Shown: positions 28,606-38,122 of the stretch, piece after piece
Layout: each line of letters opens with the position of its first letter
How positions within the stretch are numbered: position 1 is the first letter of the stretch
Source of the DNA: Candidatus Poribacteria bacterium
GTDB taxonomy: Bacteria; Poribacteria; WGA-4E; PCPOR2b
Assembly (NCBI GenBank): GCA_965208325.1
Contig: OZ242326.1
Coordinates: 3,584,001-3,648,000, forward strand
Direction of reading: 5' to 3'
Length of the DNA stretch: 64,000 bases
Translations under genes and position numbers: made by a program
Notes under the pieces: generated by a model
Seen by the model: only the letters and a program-made list of their open reading frames with translations
The model's database searches: none
What the model was told of the DNA's origin: nothing

Positions 28606-29463
28606 TCAAGAGGCGGCGCTTTCGATTGCACGATGGGTATACACTCTCGCCAAATTCTTGCGGTATGCCTCGCTGGCGTGGATATCTTCTAAAACATCAT
28701 CTACACCATCAACGGCTTTTTCTGCGGCTGCGGCAATGTTTTCAGCAATGAGGGCTTTGCCTCTCAAATCTGATTCAACGCTCGCCGCCCGGTAAGGAAC
28801 ATTAGAGACACCGGTAACGCCGACAGCAAGGTTTTGGCAAATATCTCCAACCTGCGAGAGGATAACCGCAACGCCAGTAAGGGCAAAGCCGGATGCAATC
28901 TGAGGCAGCTTCAGGTATGTCCCTTTAGTGTTTGCGCCGGGTATGGGCACGTGAATTTCAGTAATAATTTCTTCCGGCTCAATCGCGGTCGTATACAAAT
29001 CTTCAAAGAACTCGGACGCTTTAATTGAGCGTTCACCACCTTGGCCGACGGCTTTAATTTCAGCGTCGAGCGCGAGAACCGCAGCGGGCCAATCGGCGGC
29101 TGGATCGGCATGCGCAAGGCTGCCCCCGATGGTGCCTTTATTGCGAACCTGAACATCGCCAATCGCAGCCGCAGTTTGTGCAAGCAGCGGAATCTTCCGA
29201 TGCGCTAAATCTGACGTCTCAAGTTCATAGTGCGTCGTGAGTGCGCCGATAATCAATGTACCGCTCGACTCGGATATCCCCTTTAAGGCGCCGATTTGAT
29301 TCAGGTCAACGATTACATCGGGTTCAGCCAACCGCAACTTCATGGTTGGAATTAGACTATGTCCTCCGGCGAGTAGCTTTGCGCCCTCTCCATTTTCTTT
29401 CAAGAGCGCCAAGGCCTCATCAACTGACGTCGGTGCAATGTATTCAAAACTTCCCGGAATCAT
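28606..29463 (-). CDS. coxM: Molybdo-hydroxylase FAD-binding medium subunit
   Basis: LAGGHSLIPTMKLRLA and IGDVQVRNKGTIGGSLAHADPAAD. Confidence 0.92.
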   Translation of the reverse strand: MIPGSFEYIAPTSVDEALALLKENGEGAKLLAGGHSLIPTMKLRLAEPDVIVDLNQIGALKGISESSGTLIIGALTTHYELETSDLAHRKIPLLAQTAAAIGDVQVRNKGTIGGSLAHADPAADWPAAVLALDAEIKAVGQGGERSIKASEFFEDLYTTAIEPEEIITEIHVPIPGANTKGTYLKLPQIASGFALTGVAVILSQVGDICQNLAVGVTGVSNVPYRAASVESDLRGKALIAENIAAAAEKAVDGVDDVLEDIHASEAYRKNLARVYTHRAIESAAS

Positions 29464-31820
29464 TACTCACTCACTCCTTTCTTTGCGTCTTCAATCACCT
29501 GCCACACGCGATTCGGTGTCAAAGGCATCTCAATATCCTTAACGCCCAATGGAGACAAGGCGTCCACAACTGCATTGACGATGCACGCCGTTGATGCAAT
29601 TGTTCCGGTTTCACCCACTCCCTTGACGCCCATTGGATTTGCGGGAGATGGTGTCACGGTGTAGTCATTTTCAACACTTGGCACTTGTGTGGCTTTAGGG
29701 ACAGCGTAGTCCATCAGCGATCCGGTCAGGAGTTGACCGTTTTCATCGTAAACCGCGCCCTCGTACAACGCCTGGCCTAACCCTTGTGCGATGCCGCCAT
29801 GTACTTGTCCGGTAACCAGCAGCGGATTGATGATATGTCCGATGTCATCCACTGCAACATACCTCTGAATGTCGATTTCCCCAGTGTCGGGGTCAACCTC
29901 AACAATCGCAATGTGGGCACCAAACGGGTTTGTAAATTTTTCCGGTTCAAAGAAATGCGTCGCTTCAAGTCCGGGCTCGATATCCGGCGGTAGATTCACG
30001 GCGTTGTGAGCCGCAGCAGCAACAGTTGCGAACTCGACAGCTTGCGCGGGCGAACCTTGGACGAAAATTTTTCCATTTTCGAACACAAGATCGTCGGGAT
30101 TCGCTTCCAGCAAATGCGCCGTGAGTTTTGCCATTTTATCCTTCACTTGGCGCCCCGCGACAAGCATTGCTGTTCCGCCGACGGGGGTTGCCCGGCTGCC
30201 GAACGTCCCGATTCCCTGAGGCTGCCGGCCTGTGTCGCCGTGGATAACCGCAATATCATCGATATCAACTCCCAACTCATCGGCCATGATTTGGGCAAAG
30301 CTAGTTTCCTGCCCTTGCCCGTGCGGCGAAACACCTGTCAAAACAGTTACCTTTCCGGTGCGTTCAATTCGAACGGTACTGCTTTCCCAGCCGCCGCCGG
30401 CTACGCCGATTGACGGCCCAAATCCGCTGATTTCCGCATAAGTGCAGATACCAATTCCCACGTATTTTCCCTGCTTGCGACGCGCCGACTGCTGGTCACG
30501 CAGGTCGTCATAATTGATAATTCCCAACGCCTTGTTGAAAGTTTCCTGATAGTTCCCGCTGTCGTAGATGATTCCAGTCGGAATTTCAAATGGAAATTCG
30601 TCCGGCTGCGGGAAGTTCTTGAATCGGATATCTTTTGGATCCATTCCCAGTTTTTGTGCGGCAAGGTCTACCATGCGTTCGATGATGTAGGTCGCTTCCG
30701 GACGCCCTGCACCGCGATAGGCGTCTGTCGCCATTTTGTTCGTTAAGACGCCAATCAATTCCAATTTGATATTGGGGATTTTATAAGCCCCCGGAATCAT
30801 GAGATATGTCAGAACAGGAATAATCGGTGTGAGCAACTGATAGTAGGCTCCCATATTGGCGAGCAGTTTGGCGCGAAGCCCTGTGATGGTCCCGTCGTTA
30901 TTGACTGCGATCTCAACGTAGTTGATTTGATCCCGCCCGTGAATGGTTGATGTGAAGTTTTCGCCGCGTTTTTCAATCCATTTCACAGGTTTGCCGAGTT
31001 GAATCGCCAAATATGCTACCACAGCCTCTTCCGCGTACACATTAAGTTTACTGCCGAAGGCGCCGCCTACCTCAGGCGCGATGACACGGATTCTGTGTTC
31101 AGGAAAATCTACAAGAAGCGACAGGAATGTTTTGAGATGATGCGGGATTTGCGTTGACGACCAGACAGTCAATGTCCCTTCTCCGCGGAGGTATTCGGCT
31201 AAAACCCCCCGCGGTTCCATTGCAATCGGGATAAGTCGTTGATTCACAAGGCGATGCGAAATTACGTGGTCCGCTTCGGCAAAAGCCTTGTCAACATCGC
31301 CGGCATCCAACGGCATGGTAAAAGCGATATTGTCACCAAATTCTTCGAAAATAACTGGCGAGTCTGGTTCGATAGCTTTATCCATATCTACGACAACCGG
31401 TAACTCTCGGTACTCAATTTCAATCAGATCCAACGCGTCTCGGGCGATATAGGGGTCAGTTGCTACGACCGCTGCAACAGGTTCACCAACGAATCGCACG
31501 CGTCCTACAGCTAGAGCGGGGTGATCGGGAATTTTAAGACCCTCAATTTCCGCGGCGCAGGGAACTGAACTGACTTTTTCCCTAATATCCTCTCCGGTGA
31601 TTACCGTAACAACGCCGGACAAACGCTTCGCCGCTTCCGTATCAATATTTTCGATTTCTGCGTGCGCGTAGTCGCTGCGGAGAAATGCACAGTGCAGCGT
31701 ATTTACCATTTTAAGGTCATCGACATAATGAGATAGCCCCTGGATTAACCTTGGATCTTCGCGCCGCTTAATGGGAGCGCCAATCAACCGGCTGGGTCCT
31801 GCTAGAGTCGCCATCAGCAT
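29463..31820 (-). CDS. coxL: Molybdo-hydroxylase large subunit (form II CoxL-like/aldehyde oxidoreductase)
   Basis: RREDPRL, VGGAFGSK, AYRGAGRPE, HGQGQET, HGGIAQGLGQAL and KGVGE. Confidence 0.9.
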   Translation of the reverse strand: MLMATLAGPSRLIGAPIKRREDPRLIQGLSHYVDDLKMVNTLHCAFLRSDYAHAEIENIDTEAAKRLSGVVTVITGEDIREKVSSVPCAAEIEGLKIPDHPALAVGRVRFVGEPVAAVVATDPYIARDALDLIEIEYRELPVVVDMDKAIEPDSPVIFEEFGDNIAFTMPLDAGDVDKAFAEADHVISHRLVNQRLIPIAMEPRGVLAEYLRGEGTLTVWSSTQIPHHLKTFLSLLVDFPEHRIRVIAPEVGGAFGSKLNVYAEEAVVAYLAIQLGKPVKWIEKRGENFTSTIHGRDQINYVEIAVNNDGTITGLRAKLLANMGAYYQLLTPIIPVLTYLMIPGAYKIPNIKLELIGVLTNKMATDAYRGAGRPEATYIIERMVDLAAQKLGMDPKDIRFKNFPQPDEFPFEIPTGIIYDSGNYQETFNKALGIINYDDLRDQQSARRKQGKYVGIGICTYAEISGFGPSIGVAGGGWESSTVRIERTGKVTVLTGVSPHGQGQETSFAQIMADELGVDIDDIAVIHGDTGRQPQGIGTFGSRATPVGGTAMLVAGRQVKDKMAKLTAHLLEANPDDLVFENGKIFVQGSPAQAVEFATVAAAAHNAVNLPPDIEPGLEATHFFEPEKFTNPFGAHIAIVEVDPDTGEIDIQRYVAVDDIGHIINPLLVTGQVHGGIAQGLGQALYEGAVYDENGQLLTGSLMDYAVPKATQVPSVENDYTVTPSPANPMGVKGVGETGTIASTACIVNAVVDALSPLGVKDIEMPLTPNRVWQVIEDAKKGVSE

Positions 31821-31839
31821 AACCTCCTTTCATTCTTCA

Positions 31840-32313
31840 TTAACTCTGCATTTTTTGTGCAGCATATTGAACAGCATTAACGATATGCTGATAACCGGTA
31901 CAGCGGCAAAGATTTCCTTCTAATCCGTGCCGAATCTCGGCTTCCGTAGGATTGGGATTACGCTCAAGCAACTGACTTGCCGCCATAATCATGCCGGGTG
32001 TGCAGAAACCGCATTGTAAACCGTGGCATTCCCAAAATCCTTCCTGGATTGGGTGCAAATCTCCGTTTTCCGCCAAACCTTCAATGGTGTTGATTTCCGC
32101 GCCGTCCGCCTGAATTGCCAGCATTGCACATGTTTTGACAGCCATGCCATCCACGATGGCTGTGCATGCGCCGCATATGCTGGTTTCACATCCAATGTGT
32201 GAACCGGTCAGGCCGGCAACGTCTCGGATGAAGTGGATTAACAGCATTCGAGGTTCAACCTCAGCGGTGTAATTGGTGCCATTAATTTTCGTGTTAATGA
32301 CTTTCTTACTCAT
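31840..32313 (-). CDS. coxS: Molybdo-hydroxylase (2Fe-2S) small subunit
   Basis: [19 protein letters not shown] and GNLCRCTGY. Confidence 0.93.
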   Translation of the reverse strand: MSKKVINTKINGTNYTAEVEPRMLLIHFIRDVAGLTGSHIGCETSICGACTAIVDGMAVKTCAMLAIQADGAEINTIEGLAENGDLHPIQEGFWECHGLQCGFCTPGMIMAASQLLERNPNPTEAEIRHGLEGNLCRCTGYQHIVNAVQYAAQKMQS

Positions 32314-32718
32314 TTGTTAACCTCACTTTCCTTCCGATATACCGCCAGCGAACAGGTTTTTGAATTACGTCAAAAACCGAAGTAGCAATCTTCGCCGCAC
32401 ATTATCGGAATTTGTTTTGGCTGACACAAAAAAAGATGTTATAGCTCGTTTAGCGACCCACAGAGAAGCAAGTTACTGGTTTGGCAAAATGATAAAAAAC
32501 CTTTAAAATCCTCTATTTCCTTGCACATTAACCGCCAAAGTTAGGTGCGGACATTCGCTATAATTGACAAATATTTCCGCGGGATTTTCAATGGTAAGTA
32601 CTCTATCTGAATTCGGTGCATTGTATCATAAACCGGCGATTTATATCAACAACAAAAGCGGCGGGGGTTCTCGCCTGCTTATACTTTCTTTGTAGTCATT
32701 GAGGAATCTACTGATTGA

Positions 32719-32787
32719 CAATCGAGGCTGGTAAGCCTCTCCTACAAATTCGATAGCGCAATCGAGGCTAGGAAGCCTCTCCCACAA
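32719..32787 (-). repeat. Tandem REP pair, 40-bp period
   Basis: CAATCGAGGCTGGTAAGCCTCTCCTACAA and CAATCGAGGCTAGGAAGCCTCTCCCACAA. Confidence 0.75.
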
Positions 32788-32845
32788 TACTAAAGAGATA
32801 AGATTAGGCCGGTGCAGGGGGCGGGCGGGAGTGTGCAAAAAACGC

Positions 32846-32874
32846 TTGCTTCTTTTTTTTATCTGTTATATACT
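32846..32874 (+). promoter_or_regulatory. Putative sigma70 promoter of the nuo operon
   Basis: TTGCTT-17 nt-TATACT. Confidence 0.5.
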
Positions 32875-33302
32875 ATCCACTTGACTTTGTGACAAAAAGA
32901 TACAATCTAGGCGTAGGCAGGGTTCTAACTGAACATTAAAGTTTGGGCTTGCAGGGTTAAGGGTGGGGACGGCACTTGCTACAGAAACAAGAATTTGCCT
33001 TATGAGTTTAAGCTAATTTCACCGATAACTGATATGGTACTGAATGCTTCAATGTTTGCGCCGTTGCCTCAACTGCACCGCATTACCAACGACGAACGGT
33101 GTCCCTCAAGAATTGGATAGGTGTGGCTAATTCAAACAAGAATAGTACATATAGGATTAACACGATTGGTAGTAGCGCCGTTGATTGCAGGTTTTTTTGT
33201 TAGGATTGAGATTCGCTTGAGCGAATGTGTCGCGATTCGGAGATTGCTCCTACAGTGAAGCGCCAAGCAGCGTGACATAACAACTGGAGTGAGGGATAAA
33301 AG

Positions 33303-33713
33303 GTGAACACCCTCTGGCCGCTGGCCGTGTATTTTGCAGGTGTCATTTTCTTGGTAGGACTTGGCATGGTCGGCTTGTCCTTCCTTTTGGGTCAGCGTCA
33401 CAAGGATAGGGCGACCGGTGAACCCTACGAATCGGGCATCGTGTCGCAAGGGTCGGCTCGAATCCGGCTTTCCGCCAAGTTTTACCATGTTGCAATGTTC
33501 TTCGTAGTTTTCGATTTGGAAGCCGTGTTCATCTTCGCTTGGGCGGTTGCCATTCGCGACTTGGGATGGCTGGGATATATAGAAGTCATAATTTTCATCG
33601 GTGTTCTGTTTGCGGGTCTTGTATATCTGTGGCGAATGGGTGCACTCGACTGGGGCAGCAGACCGCGGATACAAATCCCTGCCGAGATGAAAAGCGGTCT
33701 GAAAGAGAATTAA
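33303..33713 (+). CDS. nuoA: NADH-quinone oxidoreductase subunit A
   Basis: [18 protein letters not shown] and GALDW. Confidence 0.95.
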   Translation: MNTLWPLAVYFAGVIFLVGLGMVGLSFLLGQRHKDRATGEPYESGIVSQGSARIRLSAKFYHVAMFFVVFDLEAVFIFAWAVAIRDLGWLGYIEVIIFIGVLFAGLVYLWRMGALDWGSRPRIQIPAEMKSGLKEN

Positions 33714-33717
33714 GCTT

Positions 33718-34362
33718 ATGCGATGGTGGTTTAGCAAATCGACTGATTTACGTCAAACCCCTGAAATTCAGAGCGGTTCCCTTGAAGAGGCTGTCCACCG
33801 CAATGTGCTATTGGCGCGTTTACAAGATTTGCTGGCTTGGGGGCGGAAGAACTCCATGTGGCCCTTTAACTTCGGTCTCTCGTGCTGTTTCGTAGAGATG
33901 GCAACTAGCATTACGAGCAAATACGACATTGCACGGTTCGGCGCCGAAGTGATTCGCGGCACGCCTCGCGAAGCCGATGTCATGGTGATTGCCGGCACCC
34001 CGTTTATCAAAATGGCGCCAATAATAAAGCGGTTGTACGAACAGATGATGGAACCGCGCTGGGTTATATCCATGGGTTCATGCGCCAATTCCGGCGGAAT
34101 GTACGATATCTACAGCGTGGTTCAGGGTGTTGACAAGATTTTGCCGGTTGATGTGTATGTACCGGGCTGCCCACCAAGGCCTGACGCCTTCATGGAAGGG
34201 ATAGTCGAGTTGCGGGGTGCAGTTGGGTCGGAACAGCGGCCGCTGAGTTGGTTTGTTGGTCCGCAGGGTGTGGTAAAGCCGGACATGCCCGCTCGACGCG
34301 ACTTGAAACGCGATGAGCGGCGGCAAGTTGATACGCTGCGTTCCCCTAATGAAGTGCGGTAA
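33718..34362 (+). CDS. nuoB: NADH-quinone oxidoreductase subunit B
   Basis: [20 protein letters not shown] and PGCPPRP. Confidence 0.97.
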   Translation: MRWWFSKSTDLRQTPEIQSGSLEEAVHRNVLLARLQDLLAWGRKNSMWPFNFGLSCCFVEMATSITSKYDIARFGAEVIRGTPREADVMVIAGTPFIKMAPIIKRLYEQMMEPRWVISMGSCANSGGMYDIYSVVQGVDKILPVDVYVPGCPPRPDAFMEGIVELRGAVGSEQRPLSWFVGPQGVVKPDMPARRDLKRDERRQVDTLRSPNEVR

Positions 34363-34496
34363 CCACATAACGGCGCGGAATCCCGACTATAGAATTTATA
34401 GTAAAACCAAAAATTATTTATGCAGTCGATAGGCGCGGTTGGAATCCGCAACTGCCGTGACGTGTGTAAATATGAATGGAATAGACTATAACTGCG

Positions 34497-36239
34497 ATGA
34501 GCGATTCACCCCTCCTTATTGAAGAACTTCAAGGCAAATTCGGAACTGTTTCAGCACAAGCAACGGCTGACGGCGTGCCGCTCCTTTGGGCGTCAAAAGA
34601 TACAATTTGCGATGTTCTGCGCTATCTCAAAACCGAGGTGGATAAGCCGTACCGCACGCTGTACGATCTCACGGCTATAGACGAGCGCGTCCGAACCAAC
34701 CGCCAAGATCAGCCGGATAGCGACTTCACGATTGTATATCACCTCCTTTCCTATGAACGCAACGAAGACATTCGTCTCAAGGTTGCGCTCCAAGATGAAT
34801 ACCCCTCCATCCCGACGGTGACCGATATTTGGCCCTCTGCAAATTGGTACGAACGCGAAGTTTGGGATATGTTTGGCGTTACATTTGAAGGGCATCCCCA
34901 CTTGAGGCGCATTCTCATGCCTCCAACTTGGGAGGGTCATCCACTCCGCAAGGAACACCCTGCGCGCGCCACCGAGATGGGCGAGTTTGAGTTGCCGGAT
35001 GAAAAACAGGACTTAGAACAAGAGGCGCTTCAATTCCGACCCGAGGATTGGGGGATGGAGCCTCACGGGAAAAACGGGGATTATATGTTCCTTAACCTCG
35101 GTCCCCAGCATCCGGGTACGCATGGCGTGCTCCGCTTTGCGCTTCAACTCGACGGGGAGGAGATTCTTGATGTGGTTCCTGACATCGGTTACCACCATCG
35201 AGGGGCGGAGAAGATGGGCGAACGCCAATCTTGGCACACATTCATCCCGTACACGGATCGCATTGACTACCTCGGCGGCGTCATGAATAACCTCGCCTAT
35301 GTGTTGGCTGTGGAAAAATTGGCGGGGATTGAGGTGCCTGAAAGAGTCAAAGTTGTGCGCATAATGATGTCCGAAATATTCCGCATAGCGAGCCATTTGG
35401 TCTGGTACGGCACGTTCGCTCAAGATATCGGTGCACTGTCACCGGTGTTCTACATGTTTAACGACCGCGAACGCATTTTTGAAATTGTTGAAGCGATTTG
35501 CGGCGGACGGATGCATCCGAGTTGGTTTCGCATTGGAGGTGTGGCGCAAGATTTGCCCAATGGTTGGGACAACCTGATTCGGGAATATTTGGACTATTTA
35601 CCGCGCCGACTTGATGAATACGACAAGATGGTGATGCGGAACCGTATCTTCAAGAAACGGACGCAAGGAGTTGGCGCTTATACCGTGGATGAAGCGATTG
35701 AATGGGGTGTGACAGGACCGGGGCTGCGCGCCTGCGGCTTTGAGTGGGATTTCCGAAAGAAACGCCCGTATTCCGGTTACGACCAGTTCGAATTCGATAT
35801 ACCGACGGCTCAAGCCGGGGATTGCTATGATAGAGCTGTTGTTCGTATTGAAGAGATTCGCCAGAGTTTACGGATTATCGAACAATGTATGAACAATATG
35901 CCTTCGGGGCCGTACAAGTCTGACCATCCACTGGCAACGCCCCCGCTTAAAGAGCATACGATGGAAGACATTGAGACACTGATTAACCATTTCCTGAATG
36001 TGAGTTGGGGTCCGGTTATCCCAGCGGGGGAAGCTTTTTTCGGAATTGAGGCGACGAAAGGGAACAACGGCTACTATCTGATTAGCGATGGCAGCACTAT
36101 CCCTTATCGCGTACGGATTCGCGCGCCGTCGTTTCCTCACATGCAGATGCTGCCGCTAATTAGCCGGCGTGCGATGGTTCCGGATTTATTGGCGATATTG
36201 GGCGCTATGGATTTTGTGTTAGCGGACATTGACCGTTGA
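34497..36239 (+). CDS. nuoCD: NADH-quinone oxidoreductase fused subunit C/D
   Basis: [39 protein letters not shown] and C-terminal ADIDR. Confidence 0.97.
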   Translation: MSDSPLLIEELQGKFGTVSAQATADGVPLLWASKDTICDVLRYLKTEVDKPYRTLYDLTAIDERVRTNRQDQPDSDFTIVYHLLSYERNEDIRLKVALQDEYPSIPTVTDIWPSANWYEREVWDMFGVTFEGHPHLRRILMPPTWEGHPLRKEHPARATEMGEFELPDEKQDLEQEALQFRPEDWGMEPHGKNGDYMFLNLGPQHPGTHGVLRFALQLDGEEILDVVPDIGYHHRGAEKMGERQSWHTFIPYTDRIDYLGGVMNNLAYVLAVEKLAGIEVPERVKVVRIMMSEIFRIASHLVWYGTFAQDIGALSPVFYMFNDRERIFEIVEAICGGRMHPSWFRIGGVAQDLPNGWDNLIREYLDYLPRRLDEYDKMVMRNRIFKKRTQGVGAYTVDEAIEWGVTGPGLRACGFEWDFRKKRPYSGYDQFEFDIPTAQAGDCYDRAVVRIEEIRQSLRIIEQCMNNMPSGPYKSDHPLATPPLKEHTMEDIETLINHFLNVSWGPVIPAGEAFFGIEATKGNNGYYLISDGSTIPYRVRIRAPSFPHMQMLPLISRRAMVPDLLAILGAMDFVLADIDR

Positions 36240-36296
36240 CGATAGAAAATTTAGAGGGCAAGATAATAAATTGCCATTCCGTATTGAGATAACGCA

Positions 36297-36764
36297 ATGC
36301 TGACAGAAGAAGAACGGCGAGAAATCGAGGAAGAGTTTGAGCATTTTGATTATAAGCAGGCGGTAAGTGTTGATGCATTGAAGATTGTCCAAAAACATCG
36401 GGGCTGGGTATCGGATGAAAGCATCAAGGACATCGCTGAACTTTTGGAGATGTCCCCGGCAGAGTTGGATGGTGTTGCGACATTCTACAATTTGATTTAC
36501 CGCAAGCCGGTCGGAAAGCATGTGATTCTGCTCTGCGATAGCGTGAGTTGTTGGGTCATGGGGTGCGATCGGATGCGTGCGCATTTCACAAAACGCCTCG
36601 GCATTGATTTCGGAGAGACGAGTGAGGACAATGAGTTTACGCTGTTGCCGATGCAATGCCTCGGCACGTGCGATCATGCGCCCGCGATGATGATTGATGA
36701 AACGCTTCATAGAGATTTGGACGAAGACAAGATTGACGGAATCATTGAGCGATACAAGGGATAG
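36297..36764 (+). CDS. nuoE: NADH-quinone oxidoreductase subunit E
   Basis: GVATFY, CDSVSC and CLGTCDHAP. Confidence 0.96.
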   Translation: MLTEEERREIEEEFEHFDYKQAVSVDALKIVQKHRGWVSDESIKDIAELLEMSPAELDGVATFYNLIYRKPVGKHVILLCDSVSCWVMGCDRMRAHFTKRLGIDFGETSEDNEFTLLPMQCLGTCDHAPAMMIDETLHRDLDEDKIDGIIERYKG

Positions 36765-36769
36765 TCGGC

Positions 36770-38068
36770 ATGAGCGAACCTATCAGGGAAAAACCGCTTA
36801 CGAAAAACATTTCACCCGGCGAGGCGCCGTTCGATTTAAAGCAATATGAGACCGGCGGCGGCTATCAGGCTGTCCGCAAAGCAATGACGGAGATGGCTCC
36901 AGAGGACGTTACCGGCGTTGTCAAAGAGGCGAATTTAAGGGGCCGCGGCGGCGCGGGATTCCCGACGGGTATGAAATGGAGTTTTGTTCCTATGGGGGAT
37001 AGGGCGCCTAAGCGCAAGTATCTCGTTGCCAACGCCGATGAAATGGAGCCGGGAACGTTTAAAGATAGACTTCTTCTAGAAGGCGATCCGCATCAGTTCA
37101 TTGAGGGGATGATTCTCGCGGCATATGCAATCCAAGCGGACGTTGCTTACATTTTTCTACGGTGGGCTTACAAAAAGGCGGAAGCGTTATTGGGAAAAGC
37201 AATCGCTGAAGCGTACGATGCGGGATTCCTCGGTAAAAACATCCTGGGATCGGGGTACAATCTAGAGCTTTACCTACACACAAGTGCTGGCCGCTATATC
37301 TGCGGCGAGGAGACTGCGCTCATGAATGCATTGGAGGGCAAGCGGCCGATTCCCCGTACCAAACCGCCCTTTCCACAGACCAGCGGATTGTGGGGCAAGC
37401 CGACGATTGTACAAAATGTAGAGACACTCTGCAACGTACCGCATATTGTTGCCAATGGTGCTGATTGGTATAAGAGTTTGAGTTTTAGCGGCAACGGCGG
37501 AACAAAACTCTTTGGCGCAAGCGGCAAAATTAAGCGGCCGGCGATTTGGGAACTTCCCCTTGGAACGCCGATGCGGGAGCTACTGGAGGAACATGCGGGT
37601 GGAATGCAGGATGGATTGAAGTTCCGCGGCGTGCTGCCCGGCGGCGCATCCACAGATTTCTTGGTCGAGGAGCACTTGGATTTGCCGATGGACTACGAAC
37701 CCGTGATGGAAGCGGGAAGCCGTTTAGGGACGGGTACCATGGTTATCCTCGACGATAAGACGTGCCCAGTGGGTATGATTCGCAACCTTGAACTCTTCTT
37801 CACGCGTGAATCTTGCGGTTTTTGCACGCCGTGCCGTGACGGCATACCTTGGACGCATCGTCTATTGGATGCCATCGAAACGGGGAACGGAAAGCCTGAA
37901 GATATCGACAACCTTGATTTCATTATTAATACAATTACTCGAATGCTTGGGCGCACGTTTTGCGCTTTTGCGCCGGGCGCCGTGGAACCTTTACAGAGCG
38001 GGTTGAAGTATTTCCGGGATGATTTTGAGCAGCATATCAGGGAGAAACGATGCCCGTACGCGTCGTAG
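36770..38068 (+). CDS. nuoF: NADH-quinone oxidoreductase subunit F
   Basis: RGRGGAGFPTG, NADEMEPGT, YICGEETAL and ESCGFCTPCRDG. Confidence 0.97.
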   Translation: MSEPIREKPLTKNISPGEAPFDLKQYETGGGYQAVRKAMTEMAPEDVTGVVKEANLRGRGGAGFPTGMKWSFVPMGDRAPKRKYLVANADEMEPGTFKDRLLLEGDPHQFIEGMILAAYAIQADVAYIFLRWAYKKAEALLGKAIAEAYDAGFLGKNILGSGYNLELYLHTSAGRYICGEETALMNALEGKRPIPRTKPPFPQTSGLWGKPTIVQNVETLCNVPHIVANGADWYKSLSFSGNGGTKLFGASGKIKRPAIWELPLGTPMRELLEEHAGGMQDGLKFRGVLPGGASTDFLVEEHLDLPMDYEPVMEAGSRLGTGTMVILDDKTCPVGMIRNLELFFTRESCGFCTPCRDGIPWTHRLLDAIETGNGKPEDIDNLDFIINTITRMLGRTFCAFAPGAVEPLQSGLKYFRDDFEQHIREKRCPYAS

Positions 38069-38122
38069 CGGCTAACAGTTGACGCATACCTTTCACATTC
38101 TAAGCTGATTGAAGAATCGACA

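Noticed and set aside
29463..31820. Bona fide aerobic CO dehydrogenase
   Set aside because: Has AYRGAGR rather than the form I AYxCSFR motif.
33132..33737. 201-aa minus-strand ORF and the many other antisense ORFs over nuo, kor and ace genes
   Set aside because: Shadows of well-supported genes on the opposite strand.
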